Part shown: positions 9,553 to 18,663 of the stretch, one piece after another | Layout of the letters: every line of letters begins with the position of its first letter | Numbering within the stretch: position 1 is the first letter of the stretch | NCBI GenBank assembly: GCA_016235455.1 | Contig: JACRKZ010000026.1 | Span: 1 to 64,000 of the forward strand | DNA from: Armatimonadota bacterium | GTDB taxonomy: Bacteria; Armatimonadota; UBA10988 | Length of the DNA: 64,000 bases | Reading direction: 5' to 3' | Notes under the pieces: generated by a model | Told to the model about the DNA's origin: nothing | Seen by the model: only the letters and a program-made list of their open reading frames with translations | Database searches by the model: none | Made by a program: the position numbers and the translations under genes

Positions 9553-10449
9553 CTACCAGACGCGCCGCCAGCACTCCTGCCGACCCAGCGGCTGAAAGCC
9601 GAAGGACAGGTAGAACGGCATGGTCGTGCCGACATAGGCGACCTCGGCACCCAGCTCACCGCAACGGCGGATGCCATCGAGCACGGCAGCGCGACCCAGG
9701 CCCAGACGGCGGTAGTCGGGGTCGGTGCAGACCGGCTCCACATAGCCAAAGCGGTTGGTCTCGTCGTACCACATGCCGGCGAAGGCCACCCACTGTCCGT
9801 CGGGCGCCTGCACGGCCACCTGCAGATCGCGGCGGTAGTGCGGACCGCGCTGCATGGCCAGACGCATCTCGGCGGTGCCTTCGTCGGGCTCGTCGCCGTG
9901 GCCGAAGCCGCGATGCAGCACACGGTTGAGCTTGGCCAGGTCGTTGTCTTCGGCCAGGGTCAGCAGGCGGAACCCGTCTGGCAGCGCGATGGCGGGGAAC
10001 GGCCGGGGTATGTCGAAGACCGACATCGGCCGGTCGTCGTGCGGCGACCGCTCGTAGCCGCGTCCGGCCACTTGCGTCAGCCAGGCGGGCTGGCGATCGG
10101 TGACGAAGGCGTTGAGGACGCGTCGGCCATCGGGCTCGGCCTTGGCCAGATGGGCCTCGGCATGGTCGAGCATTGCGCCAAACAGGTCGTCACAGCCCGG
10201 CGCCACAGCGAAGAAGGCCTCGCCCAGGTACAGCTCGTAGCAGGCCAACGCGACCAGCCGGTCGCCGGCGTACCACAGCCTGAAACGATGGGCATGGGCG
10301 CCGTCGAAGAACGGGTGTGTGACGCCATACTCGAAGATGGGCGCGAACCACTGGCCGTCGACGTGGCGCGGCCGGTAGAGGCTGGTCAGAAAAGCATGGA
10401 CCCGATCGAAGTCGCGCTCCGAGTGATAGGCACATGAGGTGACGGTCAT
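9553..10449 (-). CDS. GNAT family N-acetyltransferase
   Basis: Acetyl-CoA motif A VEPVCTDPDYRRLGLG and FYLSFGF; GGAGG RBS. Confidence 0.9.
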   Translation of the reverse strand: MTVTSCAYHSERDFDRVHAFLTSLYRPRHVDGQWFAPIFEYGVTHPFFDGAHAHRFRLWYAGDRLVALACYELYLGEAFFAVAPGCDDLFGAMLDHAEAHLAKAEPDGRRVLNAFVTDRQPAWLTQVAGRGYERSPHDDRPMSVFDIPRPFPAIALPDGFRLLTLAEDNDLAKLNRVLHRGFGHGDEPDEGTAEMRLAMQRGPHYRRDLQVAVQAPDGQWVAFAGMWYDETNRFGYVEPVCTDPDYRRLGLGRAAVLDGIRRCGELGAEVAYVGTTMPFYLSFGFQPLGRQECWRRVW

Positions 10450-10494
10450 GGCGGACCTCCAGGCGATGCTCTGTCGCCTGGTGCCAGCGCCGTG

Positions 10495-11466
10495 CTAAGG
10501 CCGGGCGGCGCGGGTCACGCCGCGCGCGGGGTCGGGCCGGCTGATCACGCGCGACAGCCCGCGACAGACGCCGGTGTGGAACGCCCGGGCGGCGCGGTAG
10601 GCGTGGTGGTCGAGCTTGGCCAGCACGCCTTCAACGGCGATCCAGGCCGTCGAGTCCGGCGAGTCGCGGCAGAACTCGACCATCAGCGGCACCGCCGGCG
10701 GGCCGACCAGTTCGAGAACCGCGACGGCGCGCTCGACGACCTCCGGCTCGGCGCCGCCCAGGCCGGCCAGCACCGCGGGCACAAGGTCGACCCCGAGCAG
10801 CGCCAGCCGCGGGGCCACGTTGCGGCCGAAGGCGGCACTGCTCGAACGCCCGGCCAGGCAGCGCTCGGTGGCCGCGGCGGCCGCCTCGCGTGGTTGCCAG
10901 CGCGACCAGACCAGGGCGGCCTCGACCCGCACGCGGTCGTCCTCGTGCTGCCGTCGCACGAGCCCCTCGAGCAGCGCGCAGTCGCCGCTGTCGCCATGCA
11001 GGCGCACCAGCGCCAGCGCGCTGATCTTGGGGCCGAACGCGGTGTGGGTCGTGCCCTCGTAGCCGAACGTGTTGACCGGCGCGCTGGGCCCGGCCAGCAA
11101 GCGGCGCGCCGCCGGCAAGGCCGCCGCGCCGAGGCGGCAGAGCAATGCGGTGTAGTCGGCGAAGACGGCCATGTTGGCATCCTGCAGCGCGGGCACCTGG
11201 CCGAAATCCGGCCCCACCCACTCGCGCGCCAGGCAAGCCACGACCGTCTGTCCTCGCTCGGTCAGTCGACGCCAACCGGGTGAACCGTCGGGCAGTTCGA
11301 GACACCGCCGGAGCAGCCGCTGGTGCACTTCGGCCGCGGCCGGCCGCGCCAGTTCGCTCAACAACGTGTCGACCAGGCCCGGCGTGCCCGTGGCGGCAAG
11401 GCCCCGGCCTCGCCAGCCGCGCAGCAAATCGCCTACCCGGCCCAGTCGTCGGCGCGCGCTATCCAT
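10495..11466 (-). CDS. Hypothetical protein with HEAT/PBS-like helical repeats
   Basis: GGGAG RBS; helical repeats such as EDDRVRVEAALV and EPEVVERAVAVLELVGPPAVPLM. Confidence 0.6.
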   Translation of the reverse strand: MDSARRRLGRVGDLLRGWRGRGLAATGTPGLVDTLLSELARPAAAEVHQRLLRRCLELPDGSPGWRRLTERGQTVVACLAREWVGPDFGQVPALQDANMAVFADYTALLCRLGAAALPAARRLLAGPSAPVNTFGYEGTTHTAFGPKISALALVRLHGDSGDCALLEGLVRRQHEDDRVRVEAALVWSRWQPREAAAAATERCLAGRSSSAAFGRNVAPRLALLGVDLVPAVLAGLGGAEPEVVERAVAVLELVGPPAVPLMVEFCRDSPDSTAWIAVEGVLAKLDHHAYRAARAFHTGVCRGLSRVISRPDPARGVTRAARP

Positions 11467-11633
11467 CTGCCCTGCTCCCTTGGCGATGGTGGCACGGGCC
11501 GCGTCAAGCGGCGGTCAAAGTGATCGCCCCGATGGTCAAGATAGTGTCACGATACGGACCGCGGCCGGCCATCGCCCCATTGAGCACCACCCCCTGCTCG
11601 TGCTACGCTTGCGCGCGAGAGGATCTTGCAACG

Positions 11634-13577
11634 GTGAATGAGCCGGCGACAACGGACCGCTACCGGAGCCTGACCTGGCGATCGCTGCTGGTCGGCCTGG
11701 CCATGGTGGCGCTCATCTGCCGCTGGATCCACGAAGCCGAGTTGGTGGTCGGCCAACGCGGGCACAGCGCCCTGGCCAACACCTCCATCCCGCTCGGCGC
11801 CTTTGGCGGGCTGATGCTGGTCATGCTGGTCAATGGGCTGGTACGCCGCGTGTGGCGGCCGGCCGCGCTGACCCGCGGTGAGGTGCTGACCGTCTACATC
11901 ATGATGACCACCTCCACGGTCATCGCTTCCAGCGGCGGCATCCACTTCCTCGTGCCGGTCATGTTGGCGCCGTTCTACTTCGCCACGCCCGAGAACCATC
12001 TGGACCTGGTGCAGCCGTACGTGCCCAAGTGGTTCGCCCCCCAGGATCCCAGGGTCATCGCCGACTTCTACCGCGGCAACGCGGCCGTGCCCTACCACGC
12101 CTGGATCATGCCGGCGCTGAGCTGGACCGTGTTCCTGCTGGCCTTCGTGGGCATCACCATCAGCCTCAGCGCGCTGCTGCGGCGCCAGTGGGTCGACCGC
12201 GAGCGGCTGACCTTCCCCACGGTCGTGCTGCCGTTGGCCATGACGCGCGAGGACGGCCAGTTCTGGCGCAACCCGACGCTCTGGGCCGGCATCGGCCTGG
12301 CGCTGTTCGTGGGGCTGGTCAACAACCTCAACCTCAGCCTGCCTTCGGTGCCGCGGCTGCATGTGCGGCTGCAATCGGTCGATGCCAGCCTGAGCGGCCG
12401 CTTCGTGTCGGCCATGCGCCCCATCGGCGTCAGCTTCTACCCGTTCGTCATCGGCATCGGCTATCTGCTGAGCCTGGATGTCACGCTGAGCTGCTGGGTG
12501 TTCTACTGGCTGGGCAAGCTCCAGGCGGGCTTCGCCGCGCAGGCCGGCATCGTCGATGCCGGCACTGGGTTGGGCCGCTTCCCCTACCTGCCTGAGCAGT
12601 CCGCCGGTGCATTCCTGGCGCTCACCGCCTTCAGCCTGTGGTTCGCGCGCGGCACCATCCGCGAGATGCTCCGGACGGCCTGGAGCCGGCGCCATGGCCC
12701 GCTCGACGACAGCGCCGAGCCCATGACGTACCGCGCGGCGTTTGTCGGCTTCCTGCTGTGCTTCCTGGTGATGCTCATCTTCTGTGCACAGGCCGGGCTG
12801 GCCATGCCGTTGGCCGCGCTCATCTTCGCCCTGGCCCTGGCCTTCCTCATCGCCGCCACGCGCATCCGCGCCGAGACCGGCAACGCCTGGCTGTATGGAC
12901 CGGCGTTCGACCCCCACAAGATCGTGCTCACCGCGTTCCAGGGCAAGCTCTCGCTACGCGACCTGACCATCATGGCCTTCCTGCGCAGCCTCTCCAACTC
13001 CGACATGCGCTGCCAGTCGATGCCGCACCAACTCGACGCCTTCAAGATGGCCGACGCCGCCAACCTGCGCCCGCGGCAGGTCTCCGCGGCGATCATCATC
13101 GCCATCGCTTTCGCCATCCCCGTAGCGCTGTTCATGGCGCTGGAGGTGTGGTACAGCCAGGGCGCGCTGGGTCGCTGCGAGCCGTGGCGCACGACCATGG
13201 GCCGCGTCATCTACGAAGAGGTCATCGCCCACTTCGTCAACCCGTCGCGCCGCGCGCACGCGCAGCTCTCGGCCACCGGGTACGGCTTCGCGCTGACGCT
13301 GCTGCTGACCTGGGTGCGCAACACGTGGGTCACCTGGCCGCTGCATCCTATCGGCTTCGCCATGGCCGGCACCTACACCATGGACGCCCTGTGGCTGCCG
13401 TTCCTGCTGGCCTGGCTGATCAAGAGTGCCACGCTGCGCATGGGCGGCATGAAAGCCTATCGGCGGGCCATCCCCTTCTTCCTCGGGCTGATCATCGGCG
13501 ACTTCTTCTGCGGCGCCAGCGCCACGCTGCTGGCCTGCTTCAACAAGTCGCTCACCATCTACCCCATCAACTGGTGA
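11634..13577 (+). CDS. DUF6785/DUF6784-type polytopic membrane protein (putative transporter), copy 1
   Basis: GAGAGGA RBS, GTG 11634; many hydrophobic segments; motifs LRRQWVDRERLTFP, RIRAETG, WPLHPIGFA, YRRAIPFFLGLIIGD. Confidence 0.8.
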   Translation: MNEPATTDRYRSLTWRSLLVGLAMVALICRWIHEAELVVGQRGHSALANTSIPLGAFGGLMLVMLVNGLVRRVWRPAALTRGEVLTVYIMMTTSTVIASSGGIHFLVPVMLAPFYFATPENHLDLVQPYVPKWFAPQDPRVIADFYRGNAAVPYHAWIMPALSWTVFLLAFVGITISLSALLRRQWVDRERLTFPTVVLPLAMTREDGQFWRNPTLWAGIGLALFVGLVNNLNLSLPSVPRLHVRLQSVDASLSGRFVSAMRPIGVSFYPFVIGIGYLLSLDVTLSCWVFYWLGKLQAGFAAQAGIVDAGTGLGRFPYLPEQSAGAFLALTAFSLWFARGTIREMLRTAWSRRHGPLDDSAEPMTYRAAFVGFLLCFLVMLIFCAQAGLAMPLAALIFALALAFLIAATRIRAETGNAWLYGPAFDPHKIVLTAFQGKLSLRDLTIMAFLRSLSNSDMRCQSMPHQLDAFKMADAANLRPRQVSAAIIIAIAFAIPVALFMALEVWYSQGALGRCEPWRTTMGRVIYEEVIAHFVNPSRRAHAQLSATGYGFALTLLLTWVRNTWVTWPLHPIGFAMAGTYTMDALWLPFLLAWLIKSATLRMGGMKAYRRAIPFFLGLIIGDFFCGASATLLACFNKSLTIYPINW

Positions 13578-13598
13578 ACGTCGATCTGCCCGAACGTT

Positions 13599-13662
13599 GG
13601 TCGGAAAGGGCAAGAGCACGGCGGGTGCGAGCATGGACGCCGCGGAACGGCCCAGGCACACT
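13599..13662 (+). promoter_or_regulatory. Activator-dependent promoter (AraC-type direct repeats, -35 TGGACG, -10 CACACT)
   Basis: Matches 17625-17664 at 29/40 positions without gaps; exact 17-bp spacer. Confidence 0.65.
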
Positions 13663-13685
13663 CGTCAACAGAGCAGGAGACTGAG

Positions 13686-15017
13686 GTGAACACCTACACC
13701 GAGCCGAGCCGCACCATTCCCATCGCCCGTGAGGTGGACGTCGTCGTCGTAGGCGGCGGACCGGCGGGCATCGCGGCGGCTCTGGCCGCGCGGCGGTCGG
13801 GCCGCTCGGTGCTGCTCATCGAGCAGTTTGGCAGCCTCGGCGGCGTGGGCGGACCGGGCCTGCACAACCATATCAGCCAGGTCAACGCCCACGGCAGCGA
13901 CCTGCGTGTGGTCGGTGGCCTGGCCTGGGAGCTGGGCCAGCGCATCGTCACGAGCGGCGCGGGCGACCTGGGCAGCTGCTACGACTACGACCCCGAGGCC
14001 TTCAAGTATCTGTGCGACCGCTGGATGGTCGAGGAGGGTGTCGACCTGCTCTACCACACCTTCCTGGCCGACGTGGTCAAGGACGGCGCCGCCGTGCGCG
14101 GCGTCATCGTGCAGAACAAGAGCGGCCGGCAGATGATCGCCGCGCGGCAGGTCATCGACTGCACCGGTGACGGCGACGTGGGCTACCTGGCCGGCGCGCC
14201 CTGGGAGCAGGGCCGCGCGGGCGACGGCGCCTGCCAGCCGGTGACCATGATGTTCCGCGTCGGTGGCGTCGACTGGCCGCGGGTTGCCGCCTGGCGCACG
14301 GACTACCAGTGCCAGGCGTTCTTCGAGGATTTGCACGCGCGCGGCGAGATGGAGCCCTTCCAGAACCAGATCATGGGCTTCTGGCACAACAGCGTGCGGC
14401 CCGATCAAGTGGGCATCAACTTCACCCACATGATCCGAGTGGACAGCACCAAGGCCGAGCAACTCACGGCTGCCACGCTGGAGGGTCGGCGCCAGGTGCA
14501 GCACTGCGTGGCCGTGTTCCGCCGGCACATCCCCGGCTTCGAGCAGTCGTACCTGATCGACACCGCCGCCACCATCGGCCTGCGTGAGAGTCGCCGTATC
14601 CTGGGCGACGTGGTCGTCGAGTTCGACGATCTGATGAGCCGCCGGCCCTGGCCCGATACCATCGGCTACGGCTCGTTCTTCGTGGACATCCACAACCTCG
14701 ACGGCCCCGGCATGAGCCACACCACGCTCCGGCCCGAGCCCGGCTTCCGCTACCAGCTGCCCTACCGCTGTCTGGTGCCGCGCGACGTGGACAACCTGCT
14801 CGTCGCCGGCCGCTGCGTGAGCTGCACGCATCGCGCCCTGGGCTCGATTCGTGTGATGATCACCTGCATGGTGCTGGGTGAAGCCGCCGGTGTGGCCGCG
14901 GCCCTGGCCATCGCCGACGGCGTGACACCGCGCGCGGTGGACGTACCCCGCTTGCAGGCCGAGTTGCGCGCGCGCGGCTGCCTGCTAACCGAGGAAGACC
15001 TGAGTGAGTCGCCGTAG
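13686..15017 (+). CDS. FAD-dependent oxidoreductase (FAD_oxidored family)
   Basis: DVVVVGGGPAGIAAA, IDCTGDGD, GLRESRRI, YQLPYRCLVP, NLLVAGRCVS. Confidence 0.92.
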   Translation: MNTYTEPSRTIPIAREVDVVVVGGGPAGIAAALAARRSGRSVLLIEQFGSLGGVGGPGLHNHISQVNAHGSDLRVVGGLAWELGQRIVTSGAGDLGSCYDYDPEAFKYLCDRWMVEEGVDLLYHTFLADVVKDGAAVRGVIVQNKSGRQMIAARQVIDCTGDGDVGYLAGAPWEQGRAGDGACQPVTMMFRVGGVDWPRVAAWRTDYQCQAFFEDLHARGEMEPFQNQIMGFWHNSVRPDQVGINFTHMIRVDSTKAEQLTAATLEGRRQVQHCVAVFRRHIPGFEQSYLIDTAATIGLRESRRILGDVVVEFDDLMSRRPWPDTIGYGSFFVDIHNLDGPGMSHTTLRPEPGFRYQLPYRCLVPRDVDNLLVAGRCVSCTHRALGSIRVMITCMVLGEAAGVAAALAIADGVTPRAVDVPRLQAELRARGCLLTEEDLSESP

Positions 15018-15152
15018 CACACGCCGATCCTGATAGAGAAACATCGTCTTCCGAGCCCGCGAGGAATCCGAGCACTCCCCTGGAAGAGTCGTCTGGCAAG
15101 GCGGCGCCGATCCGGTGCCAGCCGCCCAGTTCCGCACAGGGAGGTACTCGAG

Positions 15153-16709
15153 ATGGAAGAGTCACAACGGACGCAGCGCAACGCGGACCGGTTGTCCGAG
15201 TTGGCCGGCCCGTTCGCGGCGCAGATCGCGTCGATCATCGCCGGCCTGGAGCGCGATGGCTACCGACCGCGCATCCAAGAAGCCTATCGGTCGCCCGAAG
15301 ACCAGATGAGGCAGCGCCTGACAGGTCGTTCGAAACTGAGCTATGGATTTCACAATGTCCGCTCTGCCGACGGTCACCCCCAAGCTTGGGCCGTCGATCT
15401 GCTGGACGACGACAATCCGCTGCACACGCCTCTGCCCTATGCGCTTCGGCTGGCATACGAGGCACGGCGGCGCGGGCTGCGGACAGGGGTGCTGTGGGGG
15501 CTGTCGGCCCGCCAGCGCGCCCTGGTGAACGACGCCATCGACGCGCAGGACTGGCGCCGCGAGGTCCGCATCGGCTGGGACGAGTGCCATATCGAGCCGA
15601 CCGGCATCACGCCAGAGCAGGTACGAGACGGGGGACTGCCGACCTTCAGCGGCGCAGCCCCCGATCCGGTGATGGCCCGCTGCGAGCCGCCGTTCACGGT
15701 GGCCTTCACCAACGGCGTGACCCTCACGGCGCCCTTGGTGGCAGACCGCGCCTGGGTGCCGATGCGCGCGTTCGCCGAGGCCATCGGCACCACCGTGACC
15801 TGGCAAGGAGATGGCCTGCCCATCAAGCTGGGCGCCCAGGAGTACCGCGGCCAGGTGCGGAGCATCGACGGATCGACCTACGCGCTGGTGCGCGAGATCG
15901 CCGAGTGCTGCGGGCTGGAACTCCGCGTGGAGGAGCAGGCCCGCCACATCGTCGTCATGCGGCCGGCCACCATGACCCCGCTGCTGGGGCAGATCGTCGC
16001 CCTGGCCGATCGGTCGGGCGTGCTCAGCCACTACTGGGATGATCGCGGTCGCGCGCCGGTCGGCTTGGCGCGGGGCATGGCCGCCACCTACGCGCGGGCC
16101 TACGCCAAGCTGAAGGCCAAAGACGAGGCAGCCATAGCCATGGCCGCGGCGTGCACCGACGACCCGTCGACCGACGCCCTGGCCTGGTATGCCGATGCAT
16201 TCGCCGCAGCCGGCCTGGACAACAGCCAGAGCGGCGCCGACACGCTGCGTCATCTGTTCGTGCTGCTCACCGGCCTGGCCATGCGCGAGAGCAGCGGTCG
16301 CTACTGCGAGGGCCGCGACCGCTCGGCGAGCAACAACGACCCAGACACGGCTGAGGCCGGGCTGTTCCAGACCAGCTTCAACGCACGGACCGCTCACCCG
16401 CTCATGGCCGGCCTGTTCGACTCCTACAGCCAGTCCTCGTCCGGTTTCCTGCCGCTGTTCGCGGCCGGTGTAACCATGACCGCGCGCGACATGACGGTGT
16501 GCGGCACCGGCCCAGGCGCCAGGTTCCAGACGTTGAGCAAGCTCTGCCCCGCCTTCGCGGCGGAGTTCGCGGCGCTCGGCCTGAGGCACCTGCGCCAGCA
16601 CTGGGGCCCCATCAACCGGCATGAGGCCGGCCTGCTCCGAGCCTGCGACGACCTGCTGCTGGCCGTGCAGAAGGCCGTCGATGGCGCCGGCGAAGGCGTT
16701 GCTGTGTGA
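15153..16709 (+). CDS. Multi-domain putative peptidoglycan hydrolase (M15-like peptidase, copper-amine-oxidase-N/stalk-like domain, lysozyme-like domain)
   Basis: YRSPEDQ..FHN..AVDL..WDECHIE (M15 Zn motif pattern); RAWVPMRAFAEAIG and TYALVREIAE; LAMRESSG..AEAGLFQTS. GGGAGG RBS. Confidence 0.7.
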   Translation: MEESQRTQRNADRLSELAGPFAAQIASIIAGLERDGYRPRIQEAYRSPEDQMRQRLTGRSKLSYGFHNVRSADGHPQAWAVDLLDDDNPLHTPLPYALRLAYEARRRGLRTGVLWGLSARQRALVNDAIDAQDWRREVRIGWDECHIEPTGITPEQVRDGGLPTFSGAAPDPVMARCEPPFTVAFTNGVTLTAPLVADRAWVPMRAFAEAIGTTVTWQGDGLPIKLGAQEYRGQVRSIDGSTYALVREIAECCGLELRVEEQARHIVVMRPATMTPLLGQIVALADRSGVLSHYWDDRGRAPVGLARGMAATYARAYAKLKAKDEAAIAMAAACTDDPSTDALAWYADAFAAAGLDNSQSGADTLRHLFVLLTGLAMRESSGRYCEGRDRSASNNDPDTAEAGLFQTSFNARTAHPLMAGLFDSYSQSSSGFLPLFAAGVTMTARDMTVCGTGPGARFQTLSKLCPAFAAEFAALGLRHLRQHWGPINRHEAGLLRACDDLLLAVQKAVDGAGEGVAV

Positions 16710-16775
16710 CCCAACAGAGGCTGGCCGACAGTCGCGCGGCCTGTCTAGCTATAATGCCGCCTGGGAGTGCGACCG

Positions 16776-17618
16776 ATGGTGGTTGGCTGGACGGGCCACA
16801 GCGCGCCGATCTCGGGCGTCTTGCTGGCGGCAGTGAACGTCTTCTGGGCCACGCGACGTTTCACGCCGCACGGCGAGACCGTGCCCGACAACTGCGCCAT
16901 GGCCTACGGCGTGCTCTATGTCGTGCGCGGCAGCGCACTGGTGAGCAGCGGCGGTCGAGCCTGGCAGGTGCGCGCCGGCGATGCGTTCGTGCGCCGGCCG
17001 TATGCGCCGTACGACTTTGAGTTCGGAACCGACAGCGAGTTCCTGTCGGTCGGCGTACGTGCCACGCTGTTTGGCTCGCTCGACCTGCTGGCCGGCCTGG
17101 AAGCACCGAGTTCCTGGCACCCCCACGGTGATGACGCCGCCCTGCTACCGACCTGCATGGCCGAGATGGTCCAGACCACGGGCCGTACCGAGCCCGCGGC
17201 CCGGCTGATCACCACCGGCCTGGCGCAGGCCGTGGTAGGCATCGTCTGCCGCGCGCTGACCCCGGCCGAATCCGCGGCGCGACTGCTGAGCACACCGGCT
17301 TGGCTCAACGCCGTGCTGCTCGCCGCCGAGCGCGACCCCGGCATCAGCGTGGCCCAGTTGGCCCAACTCGCCGCCTACAGCGAAGGCCAGTTGCGCCGGC
17401 TGTTCCACGCCCATCTGGGCCAGTCACCCCACGACTACCTGCAGACACGCCGGCTCGAGGCCGCGCGCCACCTGCTGGAAACCACCGACCAGCCCGTGGG
17501 CACCATCGCCGACCACCTGGGCTTTGGCAGCGCGCCACACTTCACGCGCCTGTACAAGAAAGTCTACGGCCTGGGACCGCGCGACTACCGCAAACGCTTG
17601 TCTACGCCACCCGTCTGA
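16776..17618 (+). CDS. AraC family transcriptional regulator (cupin-like sensor plus double HTH)
   Basis: [56 protein letters not shown]; TATAAT at 16750-16755 and a GGGAG RBS. Confidence 0.93.
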   Translation: MVVGWTGHSAPISGVLLAAVNVFWATRRFTPHGETVPDNCAMAYGVLYVVRGSALVSSGGRAWQVRAGDAFVRRPYAPYDFEFGTDSEFLSVGVRATLFGSLDLLAGLEAPSSWHPHGDDAALLPTCMAEMVQTTGRTEPAARLITTGLAQAVVGIVCRALTPAESAARLLSTPAWLNAVLLAAERDPGISVAQLAQLAAYSEGQLRRLFHAHLGQSPHDYLQTRRLEAARHLLETTDQPVGTIADHLGFGSAPHFTRLYKKVYGLGPRDYRKRLSTPPV

Positions 17619-17624
17619 ACGGGT

Positions 17625-17688
17625 GATCGGAAAAGGCAAAACACCGTCCGGTGTTGGCATGGACTCGGCGGCGCGCGGCGCGCACGAT
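17625..17688 (+). promoter_or_regulatory. Activator-dependent promoter (AraC-type direct repeats, -35 TGGACT, -10 CACGAT)
   Basis: CGGnnnnGGCA occurs twice at a 21-bp period, the second copy abutting the -35; 17-bp spacer; twin of 13599-13662. Confidence 0.65.
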
Positions 17689-17823
17689 CAGGGTCGCCGA
17701 CCCGAGCTCCGCAGCCGTCCATGGGCTGCTCTGGCGCCTCGCTTCCTCCTGACGCCAGAGCGCGTCTCGTCCTCGCCGACGGCGCTGGCTTGTCGAGCCC
17801 ACGGTCGAGCCAAGGAGCAGATC

Positions 17824-18561
17824 ATGGTCATCTCGCGAGCCGACCGCGCCGTCAGGCGCCAGGGCTTCACGCTGATCGAGTTGCTGGTGGTCATCGCCAT
17901 CATCGCCATCCTCGCGGCGATTCTGTTCCCGGTCTTCGCCAAGGCCCGGGAGAAGGCGCGCCAGGCCTCGTGCCTCAACAACCTCAAGCAGATCGGCGTC
18001 GGGCTCATGCAGTACGTGCAGGACTACGACGAGTCGATGCCCTACGACTGGTGCGCGGGCAACAACCAGGGCGGCAACAGCGCCGGTGCGACCGGCCCGC
18101 AGCCGTTCTACTGGATGAACGGCGCCGTCAAGGAGCCCAACCCCTATCGCTGGTGCGGACGCGTGCAGCCGTACATCAAGAGCCTCAACGTCTTCCAGTG
18201 CCCCAGCGGCATTGCCAGCACGAGTGGCGCGGCCCTGCCCGCCAACGAGACGATGAGCTACTGGACCAACGGTGCGGTCTTCTGTGCCACCAACGGCACG
18301 TCGGCCATGGCCATCGCCAGCATCGTCGCGCCGACCGAGTGCGTGGCCGTCTATGACGACTTCGACTGCTATCGCCGCGGGGAAGTCATCTTCCGCCCGT
18401 ACCGCAATGGCGCGACGCTCCTCGATTCCGGCTCGCTGGCCAACACCAACCGCCGCTGGGCCCACCTGGACGGCATGAACGCCATCTACTGCGACGGCCA
18501 CGCCAAGTGGCAGAAGGGCGCCGCGCTGGTCACCCAGCTGTGGCGCGAACCCACGACCTAG
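17824..18561 (+). CDS. Prepilin-type N-terminal cleavage/methylation protein with DUF1559 and H-X9-DG domains
   Basis: RRQG|[44 protein letters not shown]; C-terminal [16 protein letters not shown]; AAGGAG RBS. Confidence 0.93.
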   Translation: MVISRADRAVRRQGFTLIELLVVIAIIAILAAILFPVFAKAREKARQASCLNNLKQIGVGLMQYVQDYDESMPYDWCAGNNQGGNSAGATGPQPFYWMNGAVKEPNPYRWCGRVQPYIKSLNVFQCPSGIASTSGAALPANETMSYWTNGAVFCATNGTSAMAIASIVAPTECVAVYDDFDCYRRGEVIFRPYRNGATLLDSGSLANTNRRWAHLDGMNAIYCDGHAKWQKGAALVTQLWREPTT

Positions 18562-18595
18562 GCAGGCCGTCCGCGCTACGCGCGGATCGCGCTGG

Positions 18596-18663
18596 CATGG
18601 GCAGGATTCGACTGCGTCGGGCCGATGCACTACGCTTGGCCCGACGAGGGAATCCTGCCCATG
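18596..18663 (+). promoter_or_regulatory. Intercistronic hairpin that sequesters the GH127 RBS and start codon
   Basis: Perfect 14-bp arms CATGGGCAGGATTC / GAATCCTGCCCATG plus an inner 9-bp stem CGTCGGGCC / GGCCCGACG. Confidence 0.65.

Noticed and set aside
15018-15152. Possible c-di-AMP (ydaO) riboswitch upstream of the cell-wall hydrolase
   Set aside because: The context fits but the conserved GCTGAATC, GGGGAACC, GGGTGAAT and CAGCTAAC blocks are absent; only generic GC hairpins are present. An Infernal scan would settle it.
15153-16709. Prophage remnant around the lysin-like gene
   Set aside because: No holin, integrase, structural genes or att-like repeats nearby.
17628-17665. AAGGCAAA followed by a short stem, resembling the start of a c-di-GMP-I riboswitch
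   Set aside because: It lacks the GNRA loop and the GACGCAAAGC/P2 elements. It is better explained as the AraC-type operator shared with 13599-13638.
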